From positions 96,001 through 160,000 of the forward strand of contig CBDCKN010000009.1 of the NCBI GenBank assembly GCA_965218295.1: a stretch of 64,000 nt of DNA. Reading direction: 5' to 3'. Below, piece by piece: positions 58,752 to 64,000 of this stretch (positions are counted from its first letter, which is position 1; each line of letters starts with the position of its first letter). The translations under genes and the position numbers were made by a program. Under the pieces are notes generated by a model. The model was not told where the DNA came from. It saw only the letters and a program-made list of their open reading frames with translations, and made no database searches. Origin of the DNA: Longimicrobiales bacterium. Lineage in GTDB: Bacteria; Gemmatimonadota; Gemmatimonadetes; Longimicrobiales; Gaopeijiaceae.

Positions 58752-60284
58752 TCAGCGGTTCGGGCCGCCGCCTCTGCCCGATTCGCGCTGCCGACTGGAT
58801 TGGCGCGTTATCTCCAGCGCGCGCGCAACGTCTCGGCGAGCTTCTTGTAGTATTCGGCCAAGCGTGTCATCCGTCCGTCGAGCCGCTCGATTTGCCTCTG
58901 CAAGGTTTCGCTCTGCACGGCCTGCTGCTCGACACGCCGCCTCAAGGCTTCGACCTGCTCTGAGTGCCGCCGCTGTTCCGTCTCGCACTGCGCGGACAAC
59001 CTCTCCAAGGCCGCCGTCAACTGCCGTTCCAACTCGGTCATACAGCCTCCTCACTCTCTCGACAGCTTCACGTAGGGCCGATCGCGCACGGTCCAGGGCG
59101 GATAGGCCAGCGTGCCGGCCGGCAGCACCACGAACCGCTCCCCCTCGATCTCCCGGAGCGCGATCCCCCAAGTGTCCTTCTCGAACTGAGCCAGCGTCTG
59201 CCGGGCCTCCTCGATGTCCCGGTCGAGTTCGGCGACCGTCTCGATCCGGACTTGGATGCGCGTCCACAACCAGTGCATCGTCGCCCAGCTTCCGCCGCAG
59301 ATACCGAGCCAGAGGCTCAGGCCGACCACCAGGGGCCGGAGCCATGCCCTCAGCAACAGCGCGCGCATCCGCCCAGTCGCCGCCTCCGTATCGCGCTCGA
59401 TGGTACGCAGCGCGTTCCTCGCGACGCGCCGCGAGTTCTCGCCAAGCCGATCGAGCTCGTCCGCGGTCAATTCCTCGATCTCCCGGCGCTCGTCCTCCAG
59501 CCGCTTCCGCAGCCGCCCGGTCAAATCGTTCGCGTTGGAAGTCATGTGCGTACAGCTCTCCTTTCAGACGCCACCGGTCCCCGGTCGCGGGGTACAGCGC
59601 CGTCAGGTAGTCCTTTCCTTGGCGCGGCACTTCGAGGCCCGCCTCCCGCAGGGCGGCGACGACATCGGCCCGGTTCCGCACCGTGCCGTGCTCGACACGC
59701 TGGAGCAGGTAGTCGTGGATCAGGTCGCGGGGGGAGGATTCGAGCCCGAGCCCGGCCCGCAGCCGCGCCGCCTCGATGTAGGCGCGGTGTCCGGGTTGCT
59801 GCACCCTGGCCCGCGCCGGATCGTCGGGCCGGCTCCAGCCGTGTTCGGCGTTGACGGCGTCGCGCAGCGGACCGAAGGTCTTCTCCCAGCCGGGCGGCGC
59901 GATGTTGAGGCTCCGGCCGGTCTCCAGGTCGCAGCGCGCGGCCAGGACATGCACGTGAGCGCCGCCGCCGCGCTCGCGATGCAACACGGCCGCCCAGGCG
60001 TAGCGGTCGGGCTCCAGCCCCGCCCAGGCTGTCCGCTCGAACTCATCCAGAACCTCGCCGATCTGGTCGTCGGTCGGAGCGTCTTCCGGCGCCCAGGCGA
60101 TTACGCCCGATGTGTACTTGTGCTCGAACGCCAGCGCGTCCGCCACGGCGGCCACCTGGTGGGGATTTCCCCGGAGGACCTCGACGCCTTCGCGCGGCTT
60201 CCCGGCCGCGTCCCGCCCACCGAGAAGGTAGTCGGCCGCCGCACGGGCCGAGCCGGTCCCGCGGGCCAGGAACTTAATGAGCAT
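58752..60284 (-). CDS. Relaxase, ColE1 MbeA-related (MOB_P-type)
   Basis: MLIKF..RGTG...AADYLL (Tyr motif I), KYTSGV, FE....GL and H.......HVH motif III. Confidence 0.88.
   Translation of the reverse strand: MLIKFLARGTGSARAAADYLLGGRDAAGKPREGVEVLRGNPHQVAAVADALAFEHKYTSGVIAWAPEDAPTDDQIGEVLDEFERTAWAGLEPDRYAWAAVLHRERGGGAHVHVLAARCDLETGRSLNIAPPGWEKTFGPLRDAVNAEHGWSRPDDPARARVQQPGHRAYIEAARLRAGLGLESSPRDLIHDYLLQRVEHGTVRNRADVVAALREAGLEVPRQGKDYLTALYPATGDRWRLKGELYAHDFQRERFDRAAAEAAGGRAPGDRGIDRGRARSAWRELAARREERAAYHRARYGGGDWADARAVAEGMAPAPGGRPEPLARYLRRKLGDDALVVDAHPSPDRDGRRTRPGHRGGPADAGSVREGHLGDRAPGDRGGAVRGAAGRHAGLSALDRARSALREAVERVRRLYDRVGTAVDGGLGEVVRAVRDGTAAALRAGRSLEAACRAAGRAERNLAEANRAARRTDDTLGRILQEARRDVARALEITRQSSRQRESGRGGGPNR
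58808..59041 (-). CDS. MbeD/MobD-like protein nested in the relaxase gene
   Basis: MTELERQL..ALE.L N-terminus; coiled coil; GAGGAGG RBS. Confidence 0.75.
   Translation of the reverse strand: MTELERQLTAALERLSAQCETEQRRHSEQVEALRRRVEQQAVQSETLQRQIERLDGRMTRLAEYYKKLAETLRARWR
59051..59545 (-). CDS. MbeB-like mobilization protein nested in the relaxase gene
   Basis: Coiled coil, TM segment, TWGI...GERFVVLP.G; AAGGAG upstream; mbeB position. Confidence 0.7.
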   Translation of the reverse strand: MTSNANDLTGRLRKRLEDERREIEELTADELDRLGENSRRVARNALRTIERDTEAATGRMRALLLRAWLRPLVVGLSLWLGICGGSWATMHWLWTRIQVRIETVAELDRDIEEARQTLAQFEKDTWGIALREIEGERFVVLPAGTLAYPPWTVRDRPYVKLSRE

Positions 60285-60612
60285 CGCGATCCGGGAACCC
60301 GACGGGGGCCAGCGCCGCGAGCGCCCGCTCGATGGCGACCAGGTGGGCGACGATCTCGACGGCCTCGGCGTTCGCTTTGAAGGTATTGGCCCAGCGGGCG
60401 ATCTGGTTCAGGTTCGCCCCGATCCGCGCCAGCTCGCGGGTGCGCTCTCGCTCCACCTCGGCGTGCGCCACGGTCCAGGTGCGCACCCGGCCAACCGACC
60501 GGCGCACCAGATCCGACAGCGTCAAGCCTGCGGAACGCGCCTTGGCGTGCCACTCGGCACGCTCCGCTTCGCTGGCGCGGATCTTCACCCACACGGCGCG
60601 TCCAGCGCTCAT
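60274..60612 (-). CDS. mobC: Relaxosome accessory protein MobC (MbeC-like, ribbon-helix-helix)
   Basis: VKIR.SE.E...A...G..LSD.VR and ELARIG.NLNQIAR..N; overlaps the relaxase start. Confidence 0.88.
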   Translation of the reverse strand: MSAGRAVWVKIRASEAERAEWHAKARSAGLTLSDLVRRSVGRVRTWTVAHAEVERERTRELARIGANLNQIARWANTFKANAEAVEIVAHLVAIERALAALAPVGFPDRDAH

Positions 60613-60671
60613 GACGTGCCGTTGCCGTTCGGGGGGTCCAGAGGGGGCACAGCCCCCCGCCAGCCCCTGCC

Positions 60672-60712
60672 GGGGACCCGCGAAGCGTGGCCCCAAGGGG
60701 TATGCTGGCTTA
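60672..60712 (+). promoter_or_regulatory. oriT with a ColE1-like nic site (predicted nick 60708/60709)
   Basis: GGGGTATGCTGG|CTTA resembles ColE1 GTGTATACTGG|CTTA; preceded by an imperfect inverted repeat; directly upstream of mobC. Confidence 0.7.
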
Positions 60713-60915
60713 CGCGCCTTAGACGCGGCCGACAAGCTCGTGCGCCGCAGCTGCGGGCGCACCGAAGCTCGACGGAAATCGGGCGGCCCCCCGGTCCTCA
60801 ACACGCCGACCGTCGAGGGCGAGCCGTTGCAGCTGTTTGGCGCGGAACGCCCCACTCGCCGCCTCCGCCCGCCCGCGCCGTGGCTCTCGGCCCCGGCATC
60901 CTCGCGCGGTTCCGC

Positions 60916-61146
60916 CTAAGCGCCGTCATCCCGGCTCTCCTCGATGCGCTCGCGCATCCATTCGTCCACCTCCCCCTCGATCCAGCCCACGGCGCGCGAT
61001 CCCAGCGAGACCGGGCGGGGGAAGCACCCCTGGTCCAGCCGCACATAGATCGTGCTCCGCGCCAGACCCGTGCGGGCCTTCACCTCCGGCAGCCGCAGGA
61101 ACCGGGTCGGCGGGTTCGTTCTCTGTTCCATCGGTTGTTCACTCAT
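60916..61146 (-). CDS. AlpA-family regulator / excisionase
   Basis: FLRLPEV..RTGL.RSTIY...FPRPV.LG.RAVGW...EV..W. Confidence 0.9.
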   Translation of the reverse strand: MSEQPMEQRTNPPTRFLRLPEVKARTGLARSTIYVRLDQGCFPRPVSLGSRAVGWIEGEVDEWMRERIEESRDDGA

Positions 61147-61423
61147 CGCTCTGATCCTCCTCGTTCTCTTCGTGCGTGACGTAGGCGTCCGGTGCCGATG
61201 GCGACGGGGGCGGCGCCCGCGGGCCACCCGAGCCCCCGTCGTAGTCGTCGATGAACGCCAGAACCCGGTCCGCCGTCCTCAGCGACATGGAGCGTCCGCC
61301 CTCGATCTGGCGCATCAGGTTCGGGTCGCCCAGCGCCTTCATGCCGAACGTCGTCGGACTCAGGCCCGTCCGCCCGAGGAACACCCTCACCCGCGAGTCG
61401 AACTGCTGCTCCAGCGTCTCCAT
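61139..61423 (-). CDS. Small HTH DNA-binding protein (Cro-like)
   Basis: FL..TG.SPT.FG..A.GDPNL...I..GRS..L.T.DRV..FI; GGGAG RBS. Confidence 0.7.
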   Translation of the reverse strand: METLEQQFDSRVRVFLGRTGLSPTTFGMKALGDPNLMRQIEGGRSMSLRTADRVLAFIDDYDGGSGGPRAPPPSPSAPDAYVTHEENEEDQSDE

Positions 61424-61488
61424 GGCCGTACTGCTCCCGCGTCTTCATGGCCACAACGGTGAAGACCCGCATGCAAGGAAGTCAACCC

Positions 61489-61504
61489 TTAGGAAATCTC
61501 CTAA
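61489..61504. promoter_or_regulatory. Palindromic operator candidate TTAGGA-AATC-TCCTAA
   Basis: Next to a minus-strand TTGACT, upstream of the HTH-alpA-mob genes. Confidence 0.5.
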
Positions 61505-61711
61505 AGGCTTGTAGCGGCTAGAGATAGCCAGTACGGTACGCGAGCTGTTGGACACCGCCGCCAGTGGCATGGCAGACACCCCCTCCGCAGCGCTCGCCAG
61601 AGGTTCCCGTCAAGGGTCTTGGAGATCGGTCGGGAGGCCGTCTGGTTGGGCGATAGTGAGGGAGGGAGACTGAGTAAGAACGGCCTCGTCGTGCTCCGCG
61701 AAGCGCTCGGG

Positions 61712-61805
61712 CAGGCTCCCCGTACTGAGCCGAGCCACGGAGACTACCTTCAGCGCATGGTCCAACGCGGCGATCCAATGATGGATCCCTTTGCCGAGAG
61801 CGGTG
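61712..61805 (+). pseudogene. Degenerate N6/N4 DNA methyltransferase fragment
   Basis: With frameshifts reads AP.TE....DYL-SAWSN-GD.MMDPFAESG, similar to HPAxFPExL..D.I.SWSN.GD.VLDPF.GSG. Confidence 0.4.
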
Positions 61806-61876
61806 TGGGAGTGGCAAGGTCCATCCAATGCAGGCAATTCGGTCGCGTCATCGCTCCGACCGACCGGCCGGCTCGA

Positions 61877-63073
61877 TTAGGCCGCTCCGGTCGGCACCCA
61901 CGGTGGCATTGCGCTACTGATGTATTCGCACCACGCCTGAAGGACTTCGGCGCGGCGCTCCAGCAGGTCGGATCGCTGATACGCCTGAACAACCCGGCTT
62001 CTCGGGACGTGGGCGAGGCAGGCTTCCGCGACCTCCGCCGGGACGCCCGATTCGGCCATCCACGACCGCGCGCTCGACCGGAACCCGTGCAGCGTCGAGT
62101 CCACCCCGGCACCCCGAAGCACGCGCCCCGGCGCGTTCACGGCCAGCGGCCCGCCCGACCTCGACGGAAACACCAGCGCCGACTCGCCGGACAGCGCGCG
62201 CGCCCGTTCGAGCACATCGAGCGCGCCCGTGCTCAACGGCACGGTGAACTCCCGGCCCGCCTTCATCCTCAACGCCGGAATCGTCCACCGCGCCGACTCC
62301 AGGTCGATCTCATCCCAGCGCGCCCCGCGCGCCTCTCCGCCCCGAACGGCGGTCAGCACGATCAGTTCCACACACAACGCCGCCGCCGAGGGCGCATCCC
62401 CCAACCGCCGGATCGCCCGGAGCGCCGTCCGGACCTCCTTGTCCGGAAGCGCGCGATAGTGCTCCGGCCCGGTGCCGTTCACCCTCGGCAGCGCCGCCAC
62501 CGCCCGGTCCACCGGATTGTCCGGGCGGTAGTTCCGGCCGATGCACCAGCGAAAGACGGCGGAGATCCGGTGCCGGGCCTTCCGCCCGGCGGCGGGCTTC
62601 GAGTTCCAGATTGGTGTGAGGCAGCGGAGTACGTCCGCGCTCGTGATCCGGTCCGCAGGCTTGTCCAGCAGCGGGGCGGCATGCAGACGAAACGTCGACT
62701 CCCACTGCTCGGGAAGCGGGCTCCCAGCCTTCCACGCGTCGCGGTGAAGCTCGATGGTCCTTTCGGCGGCATCGGCGAACGTCGGGACGCCGCGTCCTCC
62801 GCGCGGGTCTTGGCCCAAGCGGACGCCCCGGCTGTTGTCCAGCGCCTTCTGCCGGGCCTCGGCGAGCGTCACCTCGGGATACGGCCCGAGCCCGATCGAG
62901 GTGAGCCGTCCGTCGATCCTGACGCGTTGCCGCCACGTCTTCGTGATCCGGCCGCTAGCCGTCCGGTGGACCCGGAGACTCAGCCCCCGCCCGCCGCGTC
63001 CGTCGCCGTAGACTCCGGGTCGGCCGACCGTCCGAACGAACGCGGCGGTGAGTGTCCTCGGTCGCTTGGTCAT
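61877..63073 (-). CDS. Tyrosine integrase, P4-like with an N-terminal arm-binding domain
   Basis: YGDG..GL.LRV, GLG.YP.VTLAEAR, TAVR..E, RMK, HGFRSS, LAH and AY.R. Confidence 0.93.
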   Translation of the reverse strand: MTKRPRTLTAAFVRTVGRPGVYGDGRGGRGLSLRVHRTASGRITKTWRQRVRIDGRLTSIGLGPYPEVTLAEARQKALDNSRGVRLGQDPRGGRGVPTFADAAERTIELHRDAWKAGSPLPEQWESTFRLHAAPLLDKPADRITSADVLRCLTPIWNSKPAAGRKARHRISAVFRWCIGRNYRPDNPVDRAVAALPRVNGTGPEHYRALPDKEVRTALRAIRRLGDAPSAAALCVELIVLTAVRGGEARGARWDEIDLESARWTIPALRMKAGREFTVPLSTGALDVLERARALSGESALVFPSRSGGPLAVNAPGRVLRGAGVDSTLHGFRSSARSWMAESGVPAEVAEACLAHVPRSRVVQAYQRSDLLERRAEVLQAWCEYISSAMPPWVPTGAA

Positions 63074-63602
63074 GGGCTTCCTTCTTTGGTTGTGTATCAC
63101 TTTGTGCCGCACTACAGAAGGAAGAATACACCGGATGCCAATGGAACACAAGAGACGGTTCTACCGGGTGTGTCACGCTGAAACCATTGCAATACAAGAT
63201 GTTACAGGACTGCTAGTGGACTACCGTGGATAGTCTCGGATCATGACTGGAGAGTTCAACCAGGACTGCACGATCTGCTGCACTTGCCGTCCTACCATAC
63301 CTGATGCTGCCGTGCTTAAAGGGCGGGGAAACGGCATCAAATGGCGGTATCGGCCAGTGGGGTTTCGACACCAACCCCGATCACCCCACCGATGCTCAAA
63401 GCGCTGTCACGAAAGCTATCATCGGGGTCGACTCGCGCCATTTCGCCCTGTCTGAAATCAATGTCGGTTACAGAATTTGCGATCCCGGCGACCGCAATTG
63501 ACCTGCCCCCAGGTCAGATGAGCACCTTGACCGGCCGCTGGCGGTAGGAGTAAGTCACCCGGTCAGGGATGTTCGATCACCTGTAGGAAGGGGGAGAAGA
63601 AA

Positions 63603-63719
63603 GTGAAACGATTCGCTTTGTTGGTCCTGATCCTTGCAGCCTGCGGAGATAATGGCGTTGCTACGGCTATGTCGCAGTGCGACGTGACGTTGACGCTGGT
63701 TCCGTCCACCATGAGCTAG
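63603..63719 (+). pseudogene. Truncated lipoprotein gene (signal peptide plus short stub)
   Basis: GGGGAG RBS; MKRFALLVLILAAC|GDNG...*; next to the IS end. Confidence 0.5.
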
Positions 63720-63726
63720 GATCAAA

Positions 63727-64000
63727 GGGTGTGTAAAAAGAGAGGCGACGTACCTTTCCGCTGAGTAATAACCAGCGAACTCCGGGTGACAGCCCGGGGG
63801 AAAGGAACGACGCCTCGTGAGGAAGAATACGGTGGGACCCGAGGGTGAGTCCAGGACGCCCGTGTGGGAAGTTCTGGAAGAAGTGGTTCGGGAGAAGGCG
63901 CAGGAGTTCATTCAACAGATCTTGGAGGAGGAAGTCACGGAGTTGCTAGGGCGAGAGAAGTCAGAGCGCAGGAGGGTGGTGGACGCGACCGAGGGCTACC
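63727..64000 (+). mobile_element. IS256-family insertion sequence, left end; transposase from GTG 63817 runs off the window
   Basis: End GGGTGTGTAAAAAG; translation ...IQQILEEEVTELLGREKSERR.....GY, typical of the IS256 N-terminus. Confidence 0.78.

Larger units (their letters stand above)
49869..63267. mobile_element. Integrative mobilizable element (~13.4 kb)
   Basis: Direct repeats AGTTCAACTAGGACT (49869-49883) and AGTTCAACCAGGACT (63253-63267); integrase, AlpA, MobC/relaxase and oriT; no T4SS or Rep seen. Confidence 0.7.

Noticed and set aside
61619..63181. 520-aa + strand ORF antisense to the integrase
   Set aside because: Mostly a shadow ORF; only its first ~80 codons carry the possible methylase remnant
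49869..63267. Prophage or self-transmissible ICE
   Set aside because: No capsid, terminase, tail, VirB4 or coupling-protein genes
63240..63300. CAP/SCP-domain remnant (minus strand VQSWLNSP) as the integration target
   Set aside because: The match is too short, needs a frameshift to give GH, and has no supporting upstream similarity

Overview
High-GC bacterial chromosome segment. Gene content and protein style suggest a Gemmatimonadota-like organism (inference only). Bases 1-22 kb are mostly housekeeping: an amino-sugar/peptidoglycan-recycling-type cluster tail, the asd-lysC-dapB-dapA-dapD lysine operon, Hsp20, trpS, a PilT-family ATPase, a patatin/Omp85 protein, purA and ffh-rpsP-rimM-trmD-rplS-rnhB. 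S16 carries a large acidic 78-bp tandem-repeat tail. The most interesting locus (24.2-28.5 kb) is a tightly coupled four-gene operon: ArsM-like methyltransferase, Cys-rich radical SAM enzyme, motif-altered metallophosphoesterase and flavin monooxygenase-like protein. It has no arsR or efflux pump and is a candidate undescribed organoarsenic-modifying pathway. It is followed by tRNA-Lys(TTT) with a 2.8-kb integrase-less islet bounded by a duplicated tRNA 3' half. Next come a near-complete purine catabolism cluster (38.8-48.9 kb, PuuD route, with a citrate-lyase-fold protein where the ureidoglycolate/glyoxylate step is missing) and a ~13.4-kb integrative mobilizable element (49.9-63.3 kb). That element has a P4-like integrase, AlpA, a ColE1-style mobC/relaxase with nested mbeB/mbeD-like genes and nic site, and Ig-domain metallopeptidase cargo. 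The window ends in the start of an IS256-family element. Many genes show frameshifts, deletions or fusions, which may be real decay or assembly error. All calls come from motif recognition by eye; no searches were run.
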